A stretch of 55,972 bases of DNA from Pseudomonadota bacterium (GCA_043821645.1 JBDRCO010000130.1:1-55972); one strand, 5' to 3'; numbered from the stretch's first letter, positions 26,271-36,711 are shown. Numbers and translations: made by a program. The notes: a model not told the origin generated them from the sequence alone.

Positions 26271-27174
26271 AGATCACTCCGCCCACGACGGTGTCGCCGG
26301 GCGGAACCACCTCGACGATCTTGGCGTTGAGGCTGCGCTCGATGCGGGCGCGGCCGCCTCCAGCGTCGGGCAGGTCCAGGTGATCGGGCTCGCGCAAACC
26401 GGGTTCGCGAGGAATCACGCCGTCACCGGGTGTTCCGTAGTAGTCCGTGGTGTGCAGGGCGTTGAAGGAGCGCTCGAAGTCGGCGGCACGCCACACGTGG
26501 TCCTTTTGCACGGCCCAGCCGTGCTTGGCCACCAGGTAGCGCTCGCCATCCTGGTCGAAGTAGCCCTCGATCACCGCGTAATGCGCGCGCTGGCCGCCGA
26601 AGTCTCCTGGATTGCCGTTGCGGTCCACGTCAAAGGCCACGATGGCAGGGTGGCCCGCATCGAGGACGCGATACAGGTCGTCGAGGGAGGCATTGTCGTG
26701 CAGGCTGGCCTGGTAGCCGAAGTGGGCCGCGGTCTGGCCGAGCTGGCGCGCCGTGAACATCTCGCCCTGCGAGGTGAAACCCGCACCCTCGGCGTAGTCG
26801 AGGATGCGCTCGTCGGTGGTGGGGTCAAAATTATAGTGCCGACCCTTGCCTCCGAGATCGGCGTTGCTGACCAGCGGCGCCGCACAGGACGCCTCCTTGC
26901 CGTGCCAGAAATCCATGACCATGCCCAGGGCATACAGGCCACAGGTGGGGCCCTGCTGCTCGCGCTGCGGCACGTCGGCCTTCTTGGCATGGGCGATGAT
27001 CTCGGCGCGCGACAGGGGCTGGGCCGGGCGCGTCGAGGGTGCGTTGATCTCCATGCCGTCGGGAGCGCGCAGCACGCTATCGCGGCGGCTTGTCCTGGTG
27101 GCGATGACCACGGGAGCGTCGCCCCCAGCGACGGGCTGACGCGTAGAAAAAAGATTACGGAGGCGGACACCCAT
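26254..27174 (-). CDS. Papain-like (C39-related) cysteine protease resembling actin maturation protease ACTMAP
   Basis: QQGPTCGLYAL (catalytic Cys), GFTSQGEMFT, GHPAIVAFDVD, GGQRAHYAVI (His), YLVAKHG. TAGAAT -10 lies upstream. Confidence 0.82.
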   Translation of the reverse strand: MGVRLRNLFSTRQPVAGGDAPVVIATRTSRRDSVLRAPDGMEINAPSTRPAQPLSRAEIIAHAKKADVPQREQQGPTCGLYALGMVMDFWHGKEASCAAPLVSNADLGGKGRHYNFDPTTDERILDYAEGAGFTSQGEMFTARQLGQTAAHFGYQASLHDNASLDDLYRVLDAGHPAIVAFDVDRNGNPGDFGGQRAHYAVIEGYFDQDGERYLVAKHGWAVQKDHVWRAADFERSFNALHTTDYYGTPGDGVIPREPGLREPDHLDLPDAGGGRARIERSLNAKIVEVVPPGDTVVGGVICAAQD

Positions 27175-27330
27175 GATGAATACCCCGGCCCATTCTACCC
27201 TGGGCGGTGGGGATTTGGCGCCTCTCGAGACGCCCGGAGCCTGGCCCGAGCCTGAGCTCGCTGCCGGGCTGGGTGTGGAGGTCGGGGACAGGCCGCGAGC
27301 CGACGCGGGACCCGCGAAGGGGAGGCATGG

Positions 27331-30159
27331 TCAGGGCACGATGGGTTGCACGAAGACCTCGCGCTGCTTGTTGCCCGGATACTGTGGGCCGATGAGGCCG
27401 TCCTTCTCCATGCGCTCGACGATGCGGGCTGAACGGTTGTAGCCAATCTTGAGCCGGCGCTGGATCATAGAGATCGACACCTGGCGCGACTCGGCCACGA
27501 TGGCCACTGCCGCGTCGTAGTGCTCGTCATACTCCTCGTCGACACTGTGGCCTTCGCCCTCGCTCGACTCGACGCCGGCCTGCAGGATCGTCTCGTCGTA
27601 GGACGGCGTGCCCTGGGTCTTGAGGAACTCGACCAGCCTGTTGATCTCGACCTCGGAGATGAAAGCGCCGTGACAGCGCATGAGCCCGCTGGCGCCGGGA
27701 GGGATCAGCAGCATGTCGCCCTTGCCCAGGAGCTTCTCGGCGCCCACACCGTTGATGATGGTCTTGGAGTCGTGATTGCTGGCCACCTGGAAGGACATGC
27801 GCACCGGAAAGTTGGCCTTGATCACGCCGGTGATCACATCGGTGGACGGGCGCTGGGTGGCGAGCAGCACGTGGATGCCGCAGGCCCTGGCCTTCTGAGC
27901 GAGGCGCGCGATGTAGGTCTCGACGTCACGCGGGGCCACCATCATCAGGTCTGCGAACTCATCGACGACCACCACAATGTAGGGCAGGCGCTCCGTCGGC
28001 AGGGGGGCCTCGGCGGCGGGTGCGGCCGTATCGGGCACCGGTTCGGCGGTCTCTCCGCTCTCACGCTCGTCGTGAATGATGACTTTCTTCCGCGTCCCGG
28101 CCGCAGTGGGTTCGGGTGACGCGGGCGTGGCGTCCTGCGGCGCCGCCAGGGACAGCCTGTCGACCTTCTTGTTGTAGGACATGATGTCGCGTACGCCAGC
28201 GTCGGCGAGCAGCTGGTAGCGGCGCTCCATCTCGTTGACGGCCCAGCACAGTGCGGCCGCCGCCTTCTTGGGGTCGGTCACCGGAGGCAACAGGAGATGA
28301 GGGATGCCCTCGTAGATCGAAAGCTCGAGCATCTTGGGATCGATCATCAGGAAGCGCACGTCGTCGGGCGTGGCCTTGTACAGGATGCTGGTGATGATCG
28401 TGTTGATGGCCACGCTCTTTCCGGAACCCGTGGTTCCCGCGATGAGCATGTGCGGCATCTTGGCCAGGTCGAGGTGCACCGGCCGCCCCTCGATGTCCTT
28501 GCCCACGGCCATGGCCAGCTTGGAAGTCGAGCGCTGGAACTCCTTGCTGGCGATGATCTCTTTGAGAAACACCGACTGCCGATTCTCGTTGGGGATCTCG
28601 ATCCCCACTGCTCCCTTGCCCGGGATGGGAGCCACCACACGCACCCGGATGGCCTCCATGGCCATGGCCAGGTCATCGGCCAGGCTGGAGATCTTGGCGA
28701 TGCGGGTACCGGCGGCGGGGACGAATTCGTAGGTGGTGACCACGGGGCCGGGACGGATCTCGCGCACGGCACCCTCGATGCCGTAGTCCCGGAACTTCTT
28801 CACCAGCTTGCGCGCTTGCTCGTTGAGCGCCTCGATGTCGACGGGCACCTCGTCGGGTGCGTCATAGTCGAGCAGGTTGAGCGGCGGCAACTCGAAGCGG
28901 TCGCCGATGGGTTGGGGCCTTTCGTCCTTTGTCGCCTCGACCAGCTTCTTCTGATCCCGCTTCGAGCGAGGCTTGAACTCCACGATGCGCGGCGCCGTGG
29001 CAGAGGTCTCATGCTCGACAGGATGCAGCTCGTCGTCGTCGGAGGCGATCTCTCCATCCTCGTTGGCCGCGTCGGGTTCGACAGCCAGGAGCTCGGTCAC
29101 CCACGGCGGATCCTCGAGGGGGGACTGCGCGAGTGGCGAGGGTGCGTCGACCGGCTGCCGGCGTGAAAACAACCGCCCTTCGCTCTCGGACCCTGCGGGT
29201 TCATAAGTGGCATCCGGACCGGACGGGATCTCGTCGAGTGCCGGGCTGCCCGGGTCGGTCACAGCGGCTTCCTCGTAGCTTGGAGCCAGAGCCAGCAGCG
29301 TGGCGGCTTCCTGGGCCTCGCGGACCCGCCGGGCCTCGCGCTCGACGTCACTCTCGGCGAGGTTCTCGGCGCGGACACGCACCGCCTCTCGCCTCTTGAG
29401 CTTGCGCTCCTCGCGCTGGGCCTGCTCCTCGAGTTCGGCCTGCTGCGCGGCTTCGGCCATGCTGGCAGCGAGGGCCAAGCGCTCGGCCCGCTTCTCCCCG
29501 CGCAAGCGCCAGCGCTCCCGCTGCACCGCAACCAGGTCCACACACCACTCCGCGAGATGTCGTGCTGCGTCGACCACGGCCTCGACCAGGGTGCTGAGCG
29601 ACAGGTTGGTGGCCAGCAGTGCGCCCACCGCGAGCACGGCCCCGGCCAGGATTCCTGTGCCGACGGGGGCGAGCAACCCCACGCCCGCGTCGCCGACCAC
29701 CGCGCCGAGCAAACCGCCTGGGGGATAGGCGATATCCGCCACCTGGGTCAGCGCAATATGAGCGATGGTGGTGGCACCCACCAGGGCGATGACGATACCC
29801 AGGGCCTGGCTCCAGGCCAGGCTCAGGCGGCGCGGCCGAAAACATTGCGCCCCTGCCAGCAGGAGGCCTCCCGCGAGCAGGTAGGCACCCACACCCACGC
29901 TCGCGAACAGCAGGTCCGCGAGCACCGCTCCGGCCGGCCCCACCAGGTTGGCGGGCCCGTGCGGGTCGGGCCACCCTGGCCCCGCAGGCTGGTAGGAGAA
30001 CAGCGCCAGACCCATGAGCACGGAGGCTGCCAGCAAACCCACACCCGCCAGTTCACGCACCCGGTTGTGGGTCATGCTGTCGTCGGACACCACCCGCAGC
30101 GCGGGACGGGCCGGGCGCTCGGTCTTGCGTTCTTTCTTCGCTGCTGAACTTTTTGCCAT
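27331..30159 (-). CDS. ftsK: DNA translocase FtsK
   Basis: 4TM N-domain (NLVGPAGA), GPVVTTYE, AGTTGSGKS, IDPKMLEL, DEFADLM, ATQRPS, gamma domain IQRRLKIGYNRSARI. Confidence 0.98.
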   Translation of the reverse strand: MAKSSAAKKERKTERPARPALRVVSDDSMTHNRVRELAGVGLLAASVLMGLALFSYQPAGPGWPDPHGPANLVGPAGAVLADLLFASVGVGAYLLAGGLLLAGAQCFRPRRLSLAWSQALGIVIALVGATTIAHIALTQVADIAYPPGGLLGAVVGDAGVGLLAPVGTGILAGAVLAVGALLATNLSLSTLVEAVVDAARHLAEWCVDLVAVQRERWRLRGEKRAERLALAASMAEAAQQAELEEQAQREERKLKRREAVRVRAENLAESDVEREARRVREAQEAATLLALAPSYEEAAVTDPGSPALDEIPSGPDATYEPAGSESEGRLFSRRQPVDAPSPLAQSPLEDPPWVTELLAVEPDAANEDGEIASDDDELHPVEHETSATAPRIVEFKPRSKRDQKKLVEATKDERPQPIGDRFELPPLNLLDYDAPDEVPVDIEALNEQARKLVKKFRDYGIEGAVREIRPGPVVTTYEFVPAAGTRIAKISSLADDLAMAMEAIRVRVVAPIPGKGAVGIEIPNENRQSVFLKEIIASKEFQRSTSKLAMAVGKDIEGRPVHLDLAKMPHMLIAGTTGSGKSVAINTIITSILYKATPDDVRFLMIDPKMLELSIYEGIPHLLLPPVTDPKKAAAALCWAVNEMERRYQLLADAGVRDIMSYNKKVDRLSLAAPQDATPASPEPTAAGTRKKVIIHDERESGETAEPVPDTAAPAAEAPLPTERLPYIVVVVDEFADLMMVAPRDVETYIARLAQKARACGIHVLLATQRPSTDVITGVIKANFPVRMSFQVASNHDSKTIINGVGAEKLLGKGDMLLIPPGASGLMRCHGAFISEVEINRLVEFLKTQGTPSYDETILQAGVESSEGEGHSVDEEYDEHYDAAVAIVAESRQVSISMIQRRLKIGYNRSARIVERMEKDGLIGPQYPGNKQREVFVQPIVP

Positions 30160-30207
30160 GTGCGCACCCTTCGGCAAGTTGGCGCCAGCTGGCACCCTCT
30201 GTCGCCT

Positions 30208-30236
30208 ATGGTGATGGCAGGTAGGTCTCGAGTCAA
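30208..30236 (-). promoter_or_regulatory. Putative ftsK promoter
   Basis: Minus strand TTGACT-17 bp-CACCAT, preceded by a T-run. Inverted repeat AGGTCTCGA/TCGAGACCT (30223-30269) flanks the -35. Confidence 0.5.
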
Positions 30237-30321
30237 AAAATCAGCCGAGCACGATCCAGGTCGAGACCTCACGCCAGGAGCTCCCGGCGTCGGACGCGGC
30301 CTGGCAGGGGCTCGCGCGGGG

Positions 30322-31683
30322 CTAGGAGGTCGGGGTTTTCTTCTCCGCTGCCTCTGTATCACCACGCTGCGCTTCGGACCGGCGCAGGGTCTCGAGACGA
30401 CGCTGCATCTCCTGCTCGCGGGGCGAGGGTCCGGGCTGAAAGATGCGCTCTCCGGCGATGGCCTCGGGCAGGTAGCGCTCGGCGACATAGTGGCCGTCGA
30501 AGTCGTGGGGGTACTTGTAGCCGCCGCCGTAGCCAAGCTTCTTCATGAGGTCGGTGGGGGCGTTGCGTATGTGCAGGGGGACGGGTAGCGGACCGCGCTC
30601 CCGCACCGCATGGCGAGCCGCGGCGTAGGTGGTGAGGGCGCTGTTCGACTTGGGTGCGAGAGCCAGGTAGGTCGCACACTGTGTCAAGGGCAGCACAGCC
30701 TCGGGCAGGCCCACGAACTCGTAGGCCTGAAGCGTGGCGACGGCGAGAGCCAGGGCACCGGGATCGGCGTTGCCCACATCCTCGCTGGCGAAGATGACCA
30801 TGCGCCGGATCACGAAGCGGGGATCCTCCCCTGCCTCGAGCATGCGCGCCAGGTAGTATGCCGCGGCATCCGGATCCGAGCCGCGCAGCGACTTGATGAA
30901 GGCGCTGACGATGTTGTAGTGCTCCTCGCCCGCCTTGTCGTAGAGCAGCACCTTCTCGGCCAGCACGCGCTCCACGCCCTCGACACTGAGCGCCTTTTCA
31001 CCACGGTCCGCGGCGTCCTCGCAGGCCAGCTCGAGCGCCAGCAGGGCTCGCCGGGCATCTCCCCACGAGGCCGCGGCCAGGGTGCGCAGGGCCTGATCGT
31101 CGGGCGCGATACCCAGGGCGCCCAGCCCCTGACCCGCATCCAGCAGGGCACGGCGCAGGATCGCAATCAAGCCGTCCTCGTCGAGGGACTGCAGCACGTA
31201 CACCCGGCAGCGCGAGAGCAGGGCCGCGTTGACCTCGAACGAGGGATTCTCCGTGGTCGCTCCCACCAGGGTGACCGTGCCGCGCTCGACGTGGGGCAGC
31301 AGAGCGTCCTGCTGGGCCTTGTTGAAGCGATGGATCTCGTCGAGAAACAGCAGGGTGCGCTGTCGCCGCTCGACCTGCAGGCGGCGCGCCTGTTCCACGA
31401 TTTCCCGGATCTCCTTGACCCCGCACTGTACCGCGGACTGCCCCACGAACTGGCCCTGCATGTGCCTGGCGAGCAGGCGCGCGAGGGTGGTCTTGCCCAC
31501 TCCCGGCGGCCCCCACAAGATCATCGAGGGCAGCCGACCCTGATCGATGGCGCGGCGCAGGGGTTTGCCCGGTGCCAGCAGGGCGTCCTGCCCCACCACC
31601 TCGTCGAGGGTGCGCGGACGCATGCGCTCGGCCAGGGGCGCGTGCACCTGGTCGCGCTCCGCCGCAGCCTCGAACAGGTCCAC
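30322..31683 (-). CDS. rarA: Replication-associated recombination protein A (MgsA/RarA)
   Basis: [61 protein letters not shown]. Confidence 0.97.
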   Translation of the reverse strand: MDLFEAAAERDQVHAPLAERMRPRTLDEVVGQDALLAPGKPLRRAIDQGRLPSMILWGPPGVGKTTLARLLARHMQGQFVGQSAVQCGVKEIREIVEQARRLQVERRQRTLLFLDEIHRFNKAQQDALLPHVERGTVTLVGATTENPSFEVNAALLSRCRVYVLQSLDEDGLIAILRRALLDAGQGLGALGIAPDDQALRTLAAASWGDARRALLALELACEDAADRGEKALSVEGVERVLAEKVLLYDKAGEEHYNIVSAFIKSLRGSDPDAAAYYLARMLEAGEDPRFVIRRMVIFASEDVGNADPGALALAVATLQAYEFVGLPEAVLPLTQCATYLALAPKSNSALTTYAAARHAVRERGPLPVPLHIRNAPTDLMKKLGYGGGYKYPHDFDGHYVAERYLPEAIAGERIFQPGPSPREQEMQRRLETLRRSEAQRGDTEAAEKKTPTS

Positions 31684-31684
31684 C

Positions 31685-32104
31685 CTAGGTCTCCAGTCCC
31701 GTCAGACGTAGCAGCTCGGCGCGCTCGCCATCTGACAGGATGATGCGGCCCTTGGCCAGGATCTCGGCCAGCACTGAGCCCAGGGCACGCTCGTCGCCCC
31801 AGTGCTCGTCGAGCAGAGGGTCCAACTCGGGCTCAGCCTGCAGACGGTGTAGCACCTGGGCGCACAGATAGAGATCGTCGATGTAGCCGTAGGCACCCAG
31901 CCCGGATTCGGGGATCAGGTCGTGGGGCAGTACGAAGTAGGCGAGAGCCGCGTTCGCCAGCAGGCGGGCGTGGCGCGGCAAGCGCGTGTCCTCGTACAGC
32001 GAGCCCAGCAGGTCGAACAGCACGGGCACCCAGCGCAGCAGATCCAGGTGTGGACCATCATAGGCCGCGATATCCTCGCGCAGCAGATCGGAGAAATCGC
32101 GCAT
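31685..32104 (-). CDS. YkvA/DUF1232-family protein
   Basis: ALAYFVLPHDLIPE...GYIDDL motif. Start at ATG 32104 with GAGG upstream. Confidence 0.85.
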   Translation of the reverse strand: MRDFSDLLREDIAAYDGPHLDLLRWVPVLFDLLGSLYEDTRLPRHARLLANAALAYFVLPHDLIPESGLGAYGYIDDLYLCAQVLHRLQAEPELDPLLDEHWGDERALGSVLAEILAKGRIILSDGERAELLRLTGLET

Positions 32105-32235
32105 CCCGAACCTCGTGCCGATGTCGTAACCCGGCGCTGTTCGCTTGTCGAGGCGGCCGTTGTGGGGCGCGAAGGTGCGCGCTACAACTCCGCTGCGCCT
32201 GCGACTTTTTGGATGGCGGCGCGCAGGGGCCACGC

Positions 32236-33978
32236 ATGCTGCACCATCTGTCGATCCGCAACCTGGCCATCGTCGACGCCGTGGACCTGGACCTCGCTCC
32301 TGGCATGACGGCCATCACCGGCGAAACCGGGGCCGGCAAGTCGCTCCTGGTCGACGCTCTGGACCTGCTCCTCGGCGGCCGTGCGGACAGCGCGGTGGTG
32401 CGCGCCGGCGCCGAAGAAGCAACGGTGAGCGGGGTGTTCAGCATCGGTCAGGGACCGCAATCGACCCGGGTGTGGGAGCTGCTGGGCCGGCTCGGCATCG
32501 CCCGGGCGGATGGCGAGCAGGGCGAAGAGCGCGAAATCCTGGTGCGACGCACCGTGGCCGCAGGTGGCCGCAGCCGAGCCTTCGTCGACGACGTGCCGGT
32601 CACCCTGGCTAGCCTGCGCGAGATCATGCATGGCGTGGTCGACATCATGAGCCAGCACGAGCACCAGAGCCTGTCGACCCACGAGGCGCAGCGCGAACTG
32701 CTCGATGCCTTTGGCGAGCATGGCGAACTCAGACAGCGCGTGGCCGAGGCCCATGCGACCCTGCACCAGCTTCTCGACGAGCAGCGCGCCTTGACCATGG
32801 ACGAGCAGCAGAAAAGTGCCCGCATCGACTATCTGCAGTACGTGGTCGACGAACTGCAGCAGGCCTCGCCCGAGGCGGGTGAGCAGGCACGCCTGACCGA
32901 GGTCCACAAGCGCCTCGGTGCCGTGGACAGGCTGCGTCGTCACAGCGCCACCGCGGAGACGCTGCTCGGCAGTGACCCGCGCGCGGCGGCCACCCTGATC
33001 GACGAGGCGCGGCGCGAGCTGCGACAGGTGGCGGGGTTGTCCCAGGAACTGGAGGACACGCAGCGCGTCCTCGACGAGGCGAGCACCCTGGTGCAAGACG
33101 CGGTGCGCAGCCTGGGGCGCTACGTCGAGCGGCTCGACGAGGATCCCGAGCAACTGGCCCAGGTCGAGGACAGGCTGGACCTGCTGCGCCGGCTGGCCAA
33201 GAAGCACGGCGTGGTACCCGACGCCCTGCCCGGGCACCTCGAGATCCTGGTGCAGGAACTCGACGGCCTGACCCACGCGCAGACCCGCCTCGAGAGTCTG
33301 GCTCACCGGGTCCGCCAGGCGCACCAGGCCCTGCATGTCGAGGCCGACGCCCTGAGCCACGCTCGCCGCCAGGCCGCGACCCGGCTGAGCACGCGCTGCG
33401 CCGAGGAGCTTGCGGCCCTGGCCATGACCCAGGTCCGGGTCGAGGTTCAGGTCGAGGATCTGCCGCGGCGCGACGACGAGGCGACCCCACAGGAGGCCGG
33501 TGGCGGACCACGCCAGGTGGCCCAGCACGGAGGCGATCGCATCGAGCTGAGGCTCGGCGCCAACCCTGGCGAGCCCGCCCGCCCCTTGCACAAGGTGGCG
33601 TCGGGCGGCGAACTGTCGCGGGTCGCCCTGGCCATCCGTCGCGTGCTCGCGGACCGCGACCCAGTGCCGACCTACGTGTTTGACGAGGTGGATGCGGCCA
33701 TCGGGGGCGCCACTGCCGAGGCCGTCGGCCTGGCCCTCAAGCAGGTGTCGGCGACGCACCAGGTGCTATGCGTCACCCATCTGCCCCAGGTGGCCGCGCT
33801 GGCGGATCAGCAGCTCCAGGTCGACAAGGAACGCGACGGCGACCGCACCGTGACCGTGGTCCGGGCCCTGGCGGCAAGCGAGCGCGTCGACGAACTGGCG
33901 CGCATGCTCGGCGGCAGCGAGGTCGGCGAGACCGCACGCAAGCACGCCCGCAGCCTGCTCAGGAGAGCCCGAGCATGA
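32236..33978 (+). CDS. recN: DNA repair protein RecN
   Basis: MLHHLSIRNLAIV, TGETGAGKS, ASGGELSR, VFDEVDAAIGG, VTHLPQVA. Confidence 0.97.
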   Translation: MLHHLSIRNLAIVDAVDLDLAPGMTAITGETGAGKSLLVDALDLLLGGRADSAVVRAGAEEATVSGVFSIGQGPQSTRVWELLGRLGIARADGEQGEEREILVRRTVAAGGRSRAFVDDVPVTLASLREIMHGVVDIMSQHEHQSLSTHEAQRELLDAFGEHGELRQRVAEAHATLHQLLDEQRALTMDEQQKSARIDYLQYVVDELQQASPEAGEQARLTEVHKRLGAVDRLRRHSATAETLLGSDPRAAATLIDEARRELRQVAGLSQELEDTQRVLDEASTLVQDAVRSLGRYVERLDEDPEQLAQVEDRLDLLRRLAKKHGVVPDALPGHLEILVQELDGLTHAQTRLESLAHRVRQAHQALHVEADALSHARRQAATRLSTRCAEELAALAMTQVRVEVQVEDLPRRDDEATPQEAGGGPRQVAQHGGDRIELRLGANPGEPARPLHKVASGGELSRVALAIRRVLADRDPVPTYVFDEVDAAIGGATAEAVGLALKQVSATHQVLCVTHLPQVAALADQQLQVDKERDGDRTVTVVRALAASERVDELARMLGGSEVGETARKHARSLLRRARA

Positions 33979-34676
33979 CCCCTCCACGCGTGCTCTGCGT
34001 CGACACCGCGACACCCATCGCCGTGGTAGGCCTGTGCCTCGGCCGCGAGACCGTGGCCGAGGAGCGCATGACCAGCAAGCGCGACCACGCCGAGCGCCTG
34101 CTCTCCACTGTCGAGACCTTGCTGGCGCAGGCGAACTGGCGGCTGGCGGACCTCGATGCCCTGGTGGTCGGAGTCGGCCCCGGCTCGTTCATCGGCGTGC
34201 GCATCGGCGTCGCCACGGTCAAGGGCCTGGCCCTGGGCTGCGGTCGGCCCGTGTTCGGCGTGTCCACCCCGGCCATGCTGGCCCTGTCGACGGCGGAGGT
34301 CGGTCGCGTGGCCGTGGCCATGGACGCCAAGAAGGGCCAGGTCTATGCCTCGGTACACCAGCTCACCGCAGCCGGTGAGGTCGAGAGCAACCCGCTGCCT
34401 TCGACGGCCCTCGACCCCGAGCCCTGCGCCCGGATTCTGCTCTCTCTTGGACCCCTGGCTGCTCGCGTGGGTGATGGCTTCGAACGCTACGCAGACGCCT
34501 TTACCTCCATGCAACAGGTGCCGCTTCGACACCATGCTCCCGGGGCTTCATCCCTGGCCGTGCAGGCCTTGCCGCGCGTGCTCGCCGGTGCCGACGACGA
34601 GCTCGGCAGTCTCGAGCCCTTCTATGCCCGGCGCTCCGAGGCCGAGGAGATCGCGGAACGGCGACGGACAACCTGA
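33975..34676 (+). CDS. tsaB: tRNA threonylcarbamoyladenosine biosynthesis protein TsaB
   Basis: LCVDTAT, HAERLL, GPGSFIGVRIG, MDAKKGQVY, LEPFYAR. ATGA overlap with recN. Confidence 0.95.
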   Translation: MTPPRVLCVDTATPIAVVGLCLGRETVAEERMTSKRDHAERLLSTVETLLAQANWRLADLDALVVGVGPGSFIGVRIGVATVKGLALGCGRPVFGVSTPAMLALSTAEVGRVAVAMDAKKGQVYASVHQLTAAGEVESNPLPSTALDPEPCARILLSLGPLAARVGDGFERYADAFTSMQQVPLRHHAPGASSLAVQALPRVLAGADDELGSLEPFYARRSEAEEIAERRRTT

Positions 34677-34775
34677 GCATTTCTCGGATCCGGGATCCGC
34701 GGCCCAGCTCCTCGACGCACCCTGCCTTGAGATCCGATCGCCGACGACGTACAAAGAGCGACCCTCGGGGCAGGT

Positions 34776-36611
34776 ATGACAGAGCTGCAGCGCGGACAAA
34801 TCCTGTTCGATCGATACCGGATCGTCGACAAGGTCGGTCAGGGCGGCATGGCCGAGATTTACAGTGCCGTGTCCACCGGCGCCCAGGGCTTCACCAAGCT
34901 GTTCGCCATCAAGCGCATTCTCGACTCCTTCGCCCTGCAGCCCAAGTTCCGCGACATGTTCGTGGCCGAGGCCAGGCTGGCGGCGCTGCTCGCTCACCCC
35001 AACATCGTGCAAACCCTCGAGTTCGTGGAGAGCGACCGTAGCCTGTATCTGATCATGGAGTACGTGGCCGGCGTCAACCTGTCGCACGCCATCCGGCGCT
35101 GCGTCGAGCAGGCGTCCCCCCTGCCCCTGGCCGTGGTGATCTACATCGCCGTCGAGCTGCTGCGCGGCCTGGACTACGCACACCGCAAGACCGATTCTGG
35201 AGGCCACCCCCTGCGCCTGGTGCACCGGGATGTGTCGCCGTCCAATGTGCTGCTGTCCTTCGAGGGCTTCGTCAAGCTCAGCGACTTCGGCATCGCCAAG
35301 GCGCGCTTCATCCCTTCGCTCACCCAGCAAGGGGCCATCAAGGGCAAGGTGGCCTACATGGCTCCTGAGGTCGTCGCAGGCCAGACCGCGGACGCCCGCG
35401 CGGACGTGTGGGGCGCGGGTGTGGTGTTGTGGGAGATGCTCGCCAACCGCCGCATGCTGACCGGTGGTGATCACGAGGTCGTGCAGGCCCTGCTGCAACG
35501 ACGGATTCCCTCACTGCGCACGTTCCGGCCGGACCTCCCCGAAGGCCTCCACGGCATCCTCGACGCGTCCCTGGCCTGTGATCCCGAACAGCGCTTCAGA
35601 AGCGCCGGAGCGATGCAACACGCCCTGACCCAGACCAGCCACACCCTGGGCTTTTTCCTCGGCGCCGAGGGCTTGCAGCAGCGGCTGCAGACTCTGTTCC
35701 CGGATGCACTACGGTACCAGCAAGAGGTTTCCAACGAGTTCGCGCTGGTGCCCAACACCCTGCCCACCTCGCCGCCTCTGGCCGTGCCCGCACCGGTGTT
35801 CCTGGACGACGAACCTGCGACCGTGGAGTCCAGACCCGCGACCGCAGTCGCCGCCGCGCCCGCCGCGGGACCACCCACCGTGGAGACCGTGATTGGCACA
35901 CTGGAGCCCCCCTCCCGCGCATCGGAGGACGACGAGCTGCCGGCTGCTCCGACCAGCGCGGACGCATCGACCGAGGACCTGTTCACGGACGAGGCGCTGG
36001 AAGGAGAGACCCGGCGTCTGGATCCCTCGCAGCTCGGTGGCCGGAGTCGGCGACGGCAGAGTGGCGGCTGGCGGGTCCTGGTCTTCCTGGTGATAGCCCT
36101 GCTGGTCCTCGCAGGAGGGACGATCCTGGTCGAGCACTTCTTCGTCGACCACACACCCGACGCCAGCCTGTCGACCGCAGGAATCCCCACCCCCGGTTCC
36201 GCGCACACCGGGGACGAACCTGGAGCGGCCCTGCCTTCCTCCGTCGACGGTTCGGCCCCCGCGCTCGATGCCACGAGGACCGTGCTAACCGGTGCTGCGG
36301 ACGCGGCGAGCCGCGACATCGACAGCTCGGCGGGCGTCGATGCTGCGGCCTCTGCGCAGGCGCCAGGCGCATCGACCAGGCCCAGCGCGGGTCGACTGCA
36401 CATCACGCTGCAGCCGGCCGGCATCATTTTCGTGGACGGCGAGATTGTGGCCCGGGACAGCGCCGAGGCGCAGGTCGAGGTGCCTGCCGGCGCCCACGAG
36501 GTCAAGGTCCGATCACCAGGAATCCGCCGTCCCGCGAGGCGCCGTACCCAGGTGCGACCCGGGCAGGTCCAGCGCATGGATTTTGACCTGCGGCGCGGCC
36601 AGAATCGCTGA
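34776..36611 (+). CDS. Membrane Hanks-type Ser/Thr protein kinase with C-terminal PEGA-like domain
   Basis: GQGGMAEIY, AIKRI, HRDVSPSN, DFG, YMAPE, DVWGAG. TM helix (VLVFLVIALLVLAGG), then GRLHITLQP...IFVDG...GAHEV. Confidence 0.95.
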   Translation: MTELQRGQILFDRYRIVDKVGQGGMAEIYSAVSTGAQGFTKLFAIKRILDSFALQPKFRDMFVAEARLAALLAHPNIVQTLEFVESDRSLYLIMEYVAGVNLSHAIRRCVEQASPLPLAVVIYIAVELLRGLDYAHRKTDSGGHPLRLVHRDVSPSNVLLSFEGFVKLSDFGIAKARFIPSLTQQGAIKGKVAYMAPEVVAGQTADARADVWGAGVVLWEMLANRRMLTGGDHEVVQALLQRRIPSLRTFRPDLPEGLHGILDASLACDPEQRFRSAGAMQHALTQTSHTLGFFLGAEGLQQRLQTLFPDALRYQQEVSNEFALVPNTLPTSPPLAVPAPVFLDDEPATVESRPATAVAAAPAAGPPTVETVIGTLEPPSRASEDDELPAAPTSADASTEDLFTDEALEGETRRLDPSQLGGRSRRRQSGGWRVLVFLVIALLVLAGGTILVEHFFVDHTPDASLSTAGIPTPGSAHTGDEPGAALPSSVDGSAPALDATRTVLTGAADAASRDIDSSAGVDAAASAQAPGASTRPSAGRLHITLQPAGIIFVDGEIVARDSAEAQVEVPAGAHEVKVRSPGIRRPARRRTQVRPGQVQRMDFDLRRGQNR

Positions 36612-36711
36612 GCAGGCCCATCTCAGTGCCGCGGGTGCTGCGCGGCCACTTGTGAGATCACCTCCGAAAAGGCCATGATGGAGGGCTGTGCAGATTGCAT
36701 GGGAGGATACC

